Shown here one piece after another: positions 42,634 to 54,377 of a stretch of 64,000 nt of DNA. The DNA lies in contig JAAOMT010000586.1 in the NCBI GenBank assembly GCA_016748015.1, forward strand, positions 62,001 to 126,000, in the 5' to 3' direction. A program made the translations under genes and the position numbers. The stretch is from Geosiphon pyriformis uo1 (lineage: Eukaryota > Fungi > Glomeromycota). The notes under the pieces are model-generated. The model saw only the letters and a list, made by a program, of their open reading frames with translations. It did not search any database and was not told the origin of the DNA. Within the stretch, counting starts at the first letter, position 1; each line of letters starts with the position of its first letter.

Positions 42634-45133
42634 ATTTTTAAAGGCGGGAAATGTCTCAACAAATTAACTTGCTTAATTGTAATTATCAAAAATAAGTTTG
42701 ATTTATTTATTATTCTCTTCTAATGTAGTCCTTCCCCTGTCTACATACGTATGTCTACAGTAAACGCAAACTGCGCTCCTACACGTATTTATTATAATAG
42801 CTTTAGACTTTAAATATTTTTATTTTTATTAATATACTATCTACTTATTTGTTATTAAACATGAAAACCCTAATAGGGGACGAACATATATCACGTCATT
42901 ATGAAAGGGGAATTCAAAATCTCATGTCTCACATGATTTTATATGGCATGTGATTTTGGATTTTTATTAGCCAATTAGAATATAAAAATGTCAAAATCTT
43001 ACGACTTTAAATGACACATGATTTATTAATCAATTAGAATATAGAAATGCAATTTAATTTATTTATCAAACTATAGGTTTTTTCTTCATTTCTTAATTAT
43101 AAAACTTCTTAAGGCTTCAAGTCATAAAAATTAAGTTGTCTTCTTATTTTCTTTTTGAAAATATCTCATGATTTTGTAAGACTAATACTTGTTTAAAATT
43201 AACAGAAAAATTATTAATTAAATTAATAGATCATTTTTGTTTAGCTAGTTATTTTTATTATCTTGAATATTGGTTTTTTTTGTGTAATACAACCAATAAA
43301 AGTATCAGAAAATATGCATTACAAATAAAACAACAGAGATAAATATAATTGTTTGTTGTTAAAGAATAGTAAATATTATATCTAAATATTTTTATTTTGT
43401 TATAATACTTAATAATATAAAATAGAATTAAGTAATAATTATCTTTTTTTTTTTATATTATTTAGATAAGCAACAGAAAATTTTTTTACATTTTTTAATG
43501 TTAAAAAAGTATTAACATATTTTGATATAATTTTCTAATTATTATTAAAATACAAATTTATTGGTATTTTTTTTATTATATTCTAAAAATATGATATTAA
43601 CAAAAAAAAAGGTTTTTTATTAGTATATTGTGCTATAATTATTTTTTCAAAGATAAAATCTTATTTTCAAAAAGTAAACAAGATCTTTTCAATATAATAA
43701 AAGTTTTTTTATTACAAGTTCTAAATTAATTATTTAATCTTGAGAATTAAGATAAAAACCATATTTATTAATTAATAATGTTATTTTAGCAAGTTTTTAA
43801 AAAATATTGTTATACTATACTCAATTAAATTATATGTTAATTAATCAAAAACATATATTCTAACTAAAAAATAATTAAGATTAAATACACAAAATATTTT
43901 ATAATATTTAAAAATGTTTTTTATATAACAAAAATTTTTGTTTAAATTTTTATTAATTAAAAAGATTCAAATAAGTTTAATTTAATTATTAATTTTCAAT
44001 ATTTTATTAAAATAAATATCTTGTATCAATAAATTATATAAATAGCAGAGCTTATATTGTAAATTGATAAAAATTGATAATTAATTATTGTAAAAGATAT
44101 TATTTATATTACTTGGGTTTATAGTATAATTAACTTTTAAAAATTTTGCATAATTTGAAAAGTTTTTCTAACTATAAGAATATCAAAAAAAATTTTGACT
44201 TTGTTATTTTATAAAATAATTACAAATTGAGTAGAAAATAAGACTGTAAATTGTTTAATTTCTTTTACTAAAACAAAATAATAGTGTTTATTAAAGTGCT
44301 TTTTTTTAATTTTATAAAACAGAAACAATTGCAATATTGATTAAATAATAATAAACTTTTATTAATATTATAGTTAATTAATATAACAATAAATAATTAT
44401 TTAAAATAGTACAAAAAAATATTTATTATATTTTAAATTTAGAGTTTTATAGAAATAATTAATAGTTCTAACTTTTATAACTTTTTTTTTATTTGCAACT
44501 TTAAACTCAATATATTTGTGAATATGTAATTTTAAATATTAAATTAAAAAGAATAAGTAATATTACAATTCAAAAATTTAACAAAAAAATCATAAAATAA
44601 TATAAATTATCCAATCATAATATAATATAATAATAATCTTAAAAAGATAATAATTAACATAGTAATAAGTATTATTTTATGATAATAGCAAATATTAACT
44701 TATAATAATAGTAAATACCAATTAATAATAACAATAAACACCAAGTTAAGATATCAAAAAAATGTATTACAATGTGTTTTCTTGTAAAATTATAAACATA
44801 TATATATATAGTAGCTTTAATATTAAAAAAAATCAATTTATTCAATAGTTTTTACTTTAATTATCTTTTAGCTCTTATTTTTAAAATAAATATTCAAAGA
44901 AATTGTTAATTAAAAAGAAATAAAAAAATATTGAAAACAAAATTATCATAATTTAAAATATTAAAAAACTTATTTATGTTATTTAATAAATAAAACTATA
45001 ATTTATTAGTTAAATTTCTTAAAAAAATAATTCTTAATCAAAATTATTTGTATTATTACTAATTAATAAAAATTTTATTATAAAAATTAAGAAAATAATT
45101 AATTACTATTTACAATTATAATTAAACTAAGTA

Positions 45134-48100
45134 AAAAACTTCTTTTTATCCTTTGTTCCAAATTTCTAAAAAAAAGTCTCAAGTTTTTTTGAAAAAAGTT
45201 TTTTTACAATTCAGTACAATAAATCTAAACCCTTTATTCTTGACTATAAGACCACTGTTGGCTGTAGTATTGCTGTTATGGAGAAGGCTGTTAAAGTTTC
45301 TGGTTTTAATAATGGCTTCAGACCTGTTTTTTCAAGGAAAAAGAGGAGAGGTGATGTTTTAAAAAATAGTTTTGGTAATAAGAATGTTGGTCCTAAGGTT
45401 TAGAATAGTCACTCATAAGATTCAGAGACTGGTAACACCACTAAATCTAATAGTATTGATATAGAGGAAGAATGTTTAGTGGAAAAGACAAGTTTTGATT
45501 ATGGAGAAAATAATGCTTTTGCTGGAAGGGATCCTAATCAAATACCTATTGGTTCAAAAGTCAAGACCAAAAAAGTGTTAGACAAGCTATTGGGTAAAAT
45601 TAATTTCTTATTAAGCAACAATAAAAATGATGTTTTTTTGGATGCTCCATTAGAACTCCCTCCACCTTTGAAGAATCTGGTCAACATTTCTGTTTGCAAA
45701 TTCTTTGCTTTGGATATTGGGTTGGACAAAGTGGTTGGAAAATTATCTTAAAAAAAGCTTCAAATGATCAGAAAGTTGTTTTCAAAAATCAATGGTTTTG
45801 GGAAGGCTTCTACCCTCTTAAAATTTGCTGGAATTATCAGAGCAACATTTACTTCTGAATTAAGTTTAGTGCAGGCTTCTAAAAAGGCTGAAGAGACAAA
45901 GATTTTAGTAAATACTAATCTCAAAAAATTTACTAGGCAATCAAATCAGGCTGTAGTTGTAAAAGAGATACCAATTGGGATATTGGCTGAGACTGTGTGC
46001 GCTGTGCTATTTGAGTTTGGAACTATTATGGTGATCAAGATGCAGCTAGTTGGGCTGTAACAGAAGACTGTGGTTGAGTTTAAGCAATTAGATTATGCTA
46101 ATCTGGTCGCAGGGAAGTGGTCTATCTTAATCAAAAAAGATGCAATATATGTTGTTAGGGCAGATTTGGATAAGAAAACATGAAATGCAAGAGATCAGCA
46201 TAGGACACTGTTCTATACACTATTAATAAGAACAAACACTCATGATATCTAGGACTTTATTGGAGCCATAAATGAGAAAACATGCATTATCAATCATTAT
46301 TTGATTACGTATACTCAGACTAGGTGTACTGTTATCTGCTTTGATTCTGCTGAGTCACTGAATGCTATCATAAAAACCATACTAGTACTAAGGGATGTTA
46401 ATCTGTGCTGGTCCTATCTGGTTCTTGCTGAGTGCACCAAGTATGAGAAATCGGGTCATATGTCAATAAGTTGTGCTGTTGGTGGGAAAGTTTCTTTTGG
46501 GGTGCCATTACATAAGGTGCTTTTAGACATGGATAAAAGCAGGCTGGCTGCAATCTATGCCAAATGTTTGGCTCTGGTTGCTTGTCCTGTTTCTTTTGGT
46601 GGTTTCTCTTAGGTAAAAGTTGCTGGTAGATCCTCTTTTTATCTTCTCTCTAGTCATAGTGTTTTAGCAAAAATTGGCTCCTTTTTAGAGATGAAGCTGT
46701 TCTTACTGGTTATGATAAAAGTTAATAATAGGTTTGCTACTCTTGAGCACAGTCTTGCCAGTCTTGTGGAGCAGGTTAGTAAGTTGACTAAGAGGTTAGA
46801 TGCATTTGGACCAACAGTTTCCCAGCCTAGCTCTAGATATTAGCCATTGATGACCCTTTTATCACAAAATCAAGAGGCAGATGTAGTAATGAATGAGGAT
46901 TCAGGTGTATTTACTAGTGATAAGACTGTTGTAGGAATGATGTTGTTCAATATATCTTCAGTATCAAAGCTAAAAGACAGCATGAAGTGTCTAATGGAAA
47001 CAGTTTTGGGTCTTTCAGCCAAAGTGGATAGTCTTGGTGCAGGTTTGATTTCACAACCTCCTTTTCAATAAGTGATTTAATTTGAAAAGTTGCTACATGT
47101 AATGTTAAGGGAATAAACAATCCTGTGAAACAGGATGATATTATTTGTTGGCATAAGGATATGAACAATTTGATCTCTATTGTTACTAAAACTAAGTTGA
47201 AAGATAAGGTCCATTCATAGATCATGAATAAGTTTAGTGGTGTTTGGGTTTTTACTTTTGGTTTGGATTCTGGTTATATGGCTCTGGTGTTGCAATTATC
47301 ATAAACATTTTTCTGGTACAACATGTGTGCAAAGTTTCTAAGATACCTGGTCGACTCTTATCTATTAAGCTGCTCTTCAAGAATAAACTTTCCATGTCTA
47401 TTTTGGGGCTCTACACTGGTGCCTCTTCAGTGGTTTGGTTCTTTCAGGCTGGTGAAATCAACTCTTTCATTGCAAAGACTGTAAATGAATCTTCTTTCAT
47501 CATTCTTGGTAGAGATTTCAATGAAGATAGTTTGCGTAAATGTGCTAGTTTTAAAAAGTATCTTAATCTGGAGCTGGTTAATTCTCTGCTTGGTAGTTTG
47601 GTTGTGAAGGATCCCATGTGAGAAAATTCAAGGTATGTGAAAAAGACAATTAATTACGTATTGGTGTCTTTTAATTTGGTTAATGCAGTTTTAGAATGCA
47701 GTGTTATGGATGTTAATGAGCACTTTGATACTGATTATTGAGCTATTTCTGTGTTGGTGGGTCTGGGTGGTTTGTTGGATGTTCAGTTAAACTCTCTTTG
47801 TAAACAGGCTAATAAGAATTATTGAAAGTTTGATTTCAAGGGTGCTGATGATAATAAGTAAAAAAATTTTAAAAATGCTATGTTAGCCAATACTGGGATG
47901 TTCTCTGATGAGTTTGCTGCTACTGTTAAGTTCTCAGATCTGGATGTTATGTGGAATGTTTTATACAAGATAATGATTTTTTTGGCAAATGAGATATTTA
48001 GAAAGAAATAATTTAAGCATTTTGATAGTGTTTTCACCAAAGTTTTTTCAAGATTTCATAAGTTGGAGCTTTTGGTTTCGAAAATTATTAAGACCTCTTA

Positions 48101-51100
48101 TAAGAATAGTGTTGTCAGTTTTGTCTCCCTTATGAAGTGCTGGAACTCTTTGAACAGTATTAAGGTCTCAGTTGTTCAGGATCTCATTAACTCTGGTGTG
48201 AACTATAATTGTGTTTATTCTGCTCTTTCTGATATAAAGAAGTTATATTGTGCATCCAAGCTTGCTAAGTCTCTGGTGGCTAAGAAAACAAACATTAGAG
48301 CTGCTATAGAAAAAAAAATGGAAAGCTTCAAGATAAATAAGGGTCATACAATCAGGAGTGTTCTGGAGCATTCTTTCTACAAAGTGGTTCTGAACCATCT
48401 GGTTGTTGATGATAAGCTTATTTTGGAGCCCAATTCAGTTAAATCTAAGGTAGACATTATTATGGAAAATTGGACCAGGAAGCATAATGTGGTTGCTGAT
48501 GTCTCTGATGATTGGTTTCATCAATATTGGCTTTTAGATTATGTTTTTGATGAAGTCTTTTTTGGTATATTGTGTTTAGTTGAGTTTAGTGAGCTGTTTG
48601 ATGTGGTTTCCAATTTGCCTGATGGCAAAGCTGCTGGTCTTTTGGGTATTACAAATGAGCTTTGGAAACATTGTGACAAGTCAATTCTGGATATGTTTTT
48701 GGTACTTTTGAACTTTTGTCTATCTTGCGAGTTAGTGCTCAGATCTTGAAAAGAGGCTTGGGTCTCAATGATTCTTAAACCATATAAGTGGGAGAGTGTT
48801 CTAATGAATACTTACCCTATTGCTTTGATTGAAATGGCTTGCAATATTCTTTCCAAGATTCTTTCTGATAAAATTTTTTTGGCATGCAGCACTTTTGATG
48901 TTTTTTGTGAGAACAATTTTTTGGTTTTAAAAAATACAACAACTTAGTCTCCTATTTTTGCAATTGAATCAGTGGTTGAGGATGCATTGGAAAAAAATTG
49001 GGAGCTCTGGCTGGTTTTACAGAACATGTAAAAAGCATATGATTCAGTTGGCTAGAAATATCTCAAAAAAAGTTTGATCAGGATTAAGATGTACAACAAG
49101 TTCATTCAGTTTTTCAGTGGTATTTATAGAGATCATACCAACAGGATGATAACAGATTTTGGGTTGATAGATGGTTATTGTGTGCATGATAGTTTGAACT
49201 AAGGGGAGGTCTTTTCTCCTCTTTTATGACATATATTTTACAATTTTCTGCTATGCGAAGTCAAGAGACAAGAAAACATATGTAATTATAGGTTAAGTTC
49301 TCATTTTATTTCAAGAAATGGTCGTGCTAAGTTCCAGGCTAGGCTTTTTTCTTTTTTGCTACTGATGCCTTTGTCGATGATACAATTTGGGTTGGTGGCA
49401 GTCAAAATACTACTCAACATATTCTCAATGTTGCTAGTGAATTTTTTCAGATTAATAATATCTTTATTAATAATGACAAGACAGTAGTCATTTTTATCAA
49501 TTACAAAGTGAACAAGCTCTCTTTATCTATCAGTAGATCGTCAATTTTTATTGCCAAAAAGGGAGAGTTTTACTAATATTTGGGTATTTTTCTTTCAACT
49601 AATGGTTTTTTAAAGCCTAGTTTGGCAAAAGCTCATTCAAACATTTGGTTTTTCATCAACATGATTCTTAGAAAAGCCATTTTAAATAAGCAGTTCTTGT
49701 ATCTAATATCAGCTGTTTTCTATCCTATTATCTGCTATAAAATACAGTTTAGCTTTGTTCTGGTTGGTGTGTGTAACAAGTAGAATGCTTTGGTTTGAAG
49801 GGGTTTGAAGTTTAAGTCTGGTTTACCTCTTGATTTTCCTGGTGATACAATCTACCACCCATCATTCTATGGTTTGAAATTTTTTGTTCAGGTTTAGTCT
49901 GAGAGTAAAGTGGTCTCTCTCATTAGCTTTGTGAACTCTGATGGGATTTTGGGTCGTTTATTTGCTCACAGATCTTATAACTTGCAGGTTTTGTGTTGGT
50001 GTTTCATTTATCCTTTGAGTTTTCCTGTTTATATTTGGGTTAGTTTTTCTAATAACTTTCTGGTGGGCATGGTTCACATTCTTTTTGATTGAAATTTGTT
50101 CCTGGGTGGATCTGTGGTCAGTTTTTTTCTTTTTCAAGGTGGAGTGCTCATGTCTACTGTTCTTGGCAAGTCAAAATTTCTCAAGTTTCTCTCTTCACTC
50201 TGAAGATATGGCATTGCTTTTGTAGATCAGCTTCGCGATTGTCATGGTGCTATATTTGATTAGTACACCTTTAAGTGATAGAAAAAGTTGGACCCCCATG
50301 GCCCTATTCCTGAGTGGTTTAACCTTTTCATTGCCTTTCTTGATGATATGTCTTTCTCTAATGTTCATCATTCTGTTTTAAATAGTGTTGGTACTATAAA
50401 TATTTTTGGGTCTGATAAGTTTGTTTCTATTTGTGATCAGCTTTCTTGGGTTATCCTTGACAGTATTTCTGTATATACAGATGGGTCTCTAAAAAACTTG
50501 GGCTCAGTTGACAAAAAAGCTGGTGCCAGAGTTTTTTTTAAAGACATTAATTCGGGTTTGGGTGTTAAAGTTTCAGGTTTGATGTTATCTACTTTGGCAA
50601 AAATGCAAGCTATTGTATTGGTTCTGAAGTGTATTTCTTTTTTTAGTTCTGTTCATCTGTTTTCAGATAGTTAATCTGCTTTGAATGCTTTTGAGTTGAA
50701 ATTGGATCTAGTGTGTTCAGATTTTTGCAATCATTGTTGGGTTAAATGTTGGCACGTTGTGAATGTTATTTGTGATAAGAATTTAAGAGTTGCTTGGCAC
50801 AAAGTAAAAGACCATTCTGGTGTCTTTGGAAATGAGTAAGCTGATGTGATTGCCAATGTCATCTTTTTCTCTGAATGGTGTCTTCCTTCTCACTTAGTAG
50901 AATGCTTTTTAGTGGCTAATAGTAATATTGTTTCTGACAACTCTAAACACTTTGTTTGTGATGTTTTTTGTTCCATTAGTTGTGCTCATTGGGAAATTGG
51001 TTCTGGTTCCAGGTTTTTGACTAGTAGTATGCATTTGAACATAAATTGGCACAGCTTCTTGTTGGTTTGGCAGTCTGATTTGCATATGGCCACTGGTTTT

Positions 51101-51127
51101 ACTAGCAGTTTGATGGCTAATGTACAC
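45134..51127 (+). mobile_element. Second LINE (related subfamily), decayed; interrupted downstream of the RNase H domain by a Gypsy insertion
   Basis: ORF1 relic ~45278-47071. ORF2 relic from 47068 (KVATCNVKGIN, FVDDTIW, VYTDGSL, WHKVKDHSG) is colinear with the LINE at 3450-10370 up to ...ANVH, where TGTTACA begins. Confidence 0.92.
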
Positions 51128-51436
51128 TGTTACAAGTAATTATTTCTGGTGTGAGAATAAATAACAAACCCATAACTTGGTACTCAAAAGCTATTGATTT
51201 CTGTTAATGTTGGTAATCTGAAGGTCTTATGCAATCTAAAGGGTTTTGGTGGAGTTCTTTGTATAATGGACAAAGATTTGATGATATTTGTAATAGTTTT
51301 CGGAATCGCAATTCCGTCCAATTTCTTTCTCAGCATGGAGGCCAGATTTAGTCTGGTAGTCATGCCCTTCTGGTAAGCTATTCTATAATATATAAAATTC
51401 TACCCTTATTTCTGGGTCTTTTACCAGGCTATCCAT

Positions 51437-52297
51437 TGTTACAGATGACAATTTCTGGTGTTGAATTAAATACAAACCCATAACTTGGTGTTCAAAGCTA
51501 TTCTCATTGTCAATAATCTGAAAGTTTGGTATCTGAAGGTTTTGTATCTAAAGGGTTTGGTTGAGTTCTTTGTATAATAGACAGAGATTCAATGGTAATA
51601 GTTTTATTCGTAGCTTTCCGAAACCACAGTTTTGTCAATTTTTTTCTTAGCTTGATGGCTGGTATTTCTCCTGGTAAGCTATCCTCAATCGAGTATTCTA
51701 TCCTTATTTCTGAATCTTTTACCAGTCACGTTTATCTTGACGTCAGTGCCCCATGCGTTAATCTTTAATAGAGTTAGTAAACAATAATAAAATTAAAGCA
51801 AGAAAATAAAGAAAAAAAAATAAAATAAAGAAAGAAAAGAAATAAGCCAAGGCAATTTAAAAGTTAGTATTCCATTAATAGCCATGATCAAGAGCTATTG
51901 TTCCAGTATGGTTAAGTATCAATTACTATCAACACTTCATGTTCATAGTGGAAATGAGTTTGAGATAACAAATAGTTATTTATTAGATGATTGTAATTTG
52001 GAGAGTTGCTTAGATTAAATCTAAAACTAAGAGGTCTGTCTTTTTAGCTTCTAATCCTGCTGCTATATATACATAATTGAGATTCCTTAATTCTTCGATT
52101 CTTTATGACAGGAATCCTGTGATTCCTTTGAGAGGAATTCTGGAATTCTGAAATCCTGCGATTCCTCATTGGGGAATCCTGAAATTCCTGGAATCCTGTA
52201 ATTCCTGAGAGGAATCCTGGAATTTCACATTTACTACGCCTACTTCTGATTGGCTAATAATCATGCTAATATATTTCTTATATTTCTATAAGTAATA
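51437..52297 (-). repeat. 3' LTR of element A
   Basis: Direct repeat of 60694-61554; adjacent to the PPT. Confidence 0.95.
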
Positions 52298-52312
52298 TTA
52301 TTTTCTTCTTTT
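52298..52312 (-). promoter_or_regulatory. Polypurine tract of element A
   Basis: The minus strand reads aaaagaagaaaataa immediately before the 3' LTR. Element B has the equivalent at 62150-62164. Confidence 0.8.
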
Positions 52313-52970
52313 AATATTGACCTCTGTCAAAATCCAACTCATTTAATTCCTCCTCTTAAAGTATTTCCTGAATTTCGTTTTTGAGAATTACTTGTGTTAT
52401 TTGGGTCTGTAATTCTTCAAATTGAGCATTGGTGATCTTTCCCAATTGATTACTGGTAACCAAATCTATTGCTTTGTTGAGTAATATTTCTGGTCTATCC
52501 TAAAATGCTGTGTGTATTTGGTATATCGCTTGGGCCTGTGTGGATAAGTTGTTCTTTCCCACAAAATGTTCTAATTGTTGTAGTATTCTTTTGTTGAATA
52601 ATCGCTTTGTTTTATCCATATATAAATTCTGGATATTTACGTGTTGTCCCAAGTAAAAATAACAATAGTTTCATAGAAATTGTTGTATCCACCAATTCCA
52701 AGTTTCTTTAGTCAACTCTTGATATAGTGACTCTTTTGTCAACTCTCTTATTGTTAATTTTACTTTCGCAATGATTTTGTCCATAGTATTTTCAGTTTTC
52801 TTCTGTGTTCTGGGTTGCAATGTCTTTCTAGTATCTTGATATCAAATGGTTTGTTGATTGATTGTAATCTCCATTTCCTGGTGTTGGATCAATTGAAAGA
52901 GTTGTTGTGCTAGTGAGTGAATGTTGTCTGTAATTTCTATTTTTCTAATATTTTCTGTTGTGTCTACCAT
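52311..52970 (-). pseudogene. Extra ORF3 of element A (~220 codons, unknown function)
   Basis: ATG at 52970 reads MVDTTENIRKIEITDNIHSLAQQLFQLIQHQE...KETWNWWIQQF..YCYFYLGQHVNI...LDFDRGQY*. Four internal stops can each be explained by C->T. Colinear with 62163-62818. Confidence 0.8.
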
Positions 52971-52994
52971 GTCTTTATATATTCTTTTGATGGA

Positions 52995-54377
52995 TCAATT
53001 TGATGTGTTGTTGTTAATAATAATGATTGGTTCCAGATCTCGTGGAATCTGATCTGGTTGGACTAGTATTTTCTGTACTCCTAATTGTGGAATATTATTG
53101 GTAGATGGTAGTATGGTGTTGTGGTATGGTTTCAGTCAATCTCTATGTGCTGCTTTGGTTAAAATTTTGTTGTTCAGTCTTAATTTGTAAGCTCCATTTC
53201 CTAAAATTTCTTCTATGTGAAATGGTCTGTTCCATTTGAGGTCAAATTTTCTACTCCATTGTTTTTCCGCTTTGGTATAATGTAAGAGTACTTTGTCTCC
53301 AATTTTGAATTCAACTGGTTTGTCTGGTAGTTGATTATTATGTCTTTCTTTCTGTTTCTCTTGTGACTTTTGTATGTTATCAGCTGCTCTTCTTCGTTTG
53401 TTTTCCAATGTTTCCATTAAGTCATATGTTTTTTTTAACAATGTTTCTTGGAAATTCTCTTCTGTTATTGGTTCAGTTGAATATGTGTTGACCTTTATCT
53501 CCACTGGTAATATTGCTGTTCTATCATATACTAATTTAAATGATGTTGCTTGTGTAGTGTCTTGCTTCATTGTTCAATAAACAAATAGTACTGATAGTAT
53601 TAACATGTCCTAATTATTCTGGTTTTCTTGGCTGAGCTTAGCTATTGCTTCACACAATGTTCTGTTGAATCTTTCGACTAATCCATTGGTTTGTGGATGG
53701 TATGGTGATGATAGTGGTCTCTTAATTCCGAATCTTTGGCTCAATTCTGTTAATGTTCTGTTCACAAAATGAGTATCTTGGTCTGATAATAATTCCTTTG
53801 GACATTCATGTCGACAAATTAAATCTTGATGAATGAATTCAGCAACAGATTCTACATCCACTCTTTGAATTGCTTTTGCCTCTGGCTATTTAGTGAGATA
53901 GTCTATGGCTATTGCTATGTACCTGTTTCCTCCTCTGGTGATTGTTAATGGTCTGACTAGATCAATTCCAATACGGTCAAATGGTTGTCCCACTTTGATT
54001 GGTCTTAATGGTTCACTGGGTTTCATACCTCCTTTTTGCTGACAAGCATCACAATTTTGAACATATTGGATAATGTCTGGATATATTGATGGCCAATAGT
54101 ATTTTTTTCTGGTTCTTTCCATGGTTGCTTCTTTGTGAAAGTGTCCTGCTGTTGGATTTGAGTGTATGTTGAATAATATTGTCTCTTTTTCTGGCTCTGT
54201 AATTACTCTGGTTGGTTGCTTTAGATCCCTTATATTTTTTTGATAAAGTATATTTTGGTGAGTGATAAAATATTTTGATTGTTGTTTGATACTCTTTCGT
54301 TTCATTTGAGATAAATTCTCCTTGAACTGTTGAGTGTTTATATAATATAGCAGTTGTTAATATTTTTGTATGTTCAT
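52995..54377 (-). pseudogene. Integrase of element A (HHCC zinc finger, DDE core, GPY/F-like C-terminus), in a different frame from RT-RNase H
   Basis: HSNPTAGH...CDACQ, RIGIDLV, IDYLTK, SDQDTHF, PYHPQTNGLVERFNRTL, KWNRPFHIEEILGNGAYKL. Confidence 0.92.

Noticed and set aside
52311-52970. ORF3 as an envelope gene
   Set aside because: It is short, and no signal peptide, furin site or transmembrane helix is visible.
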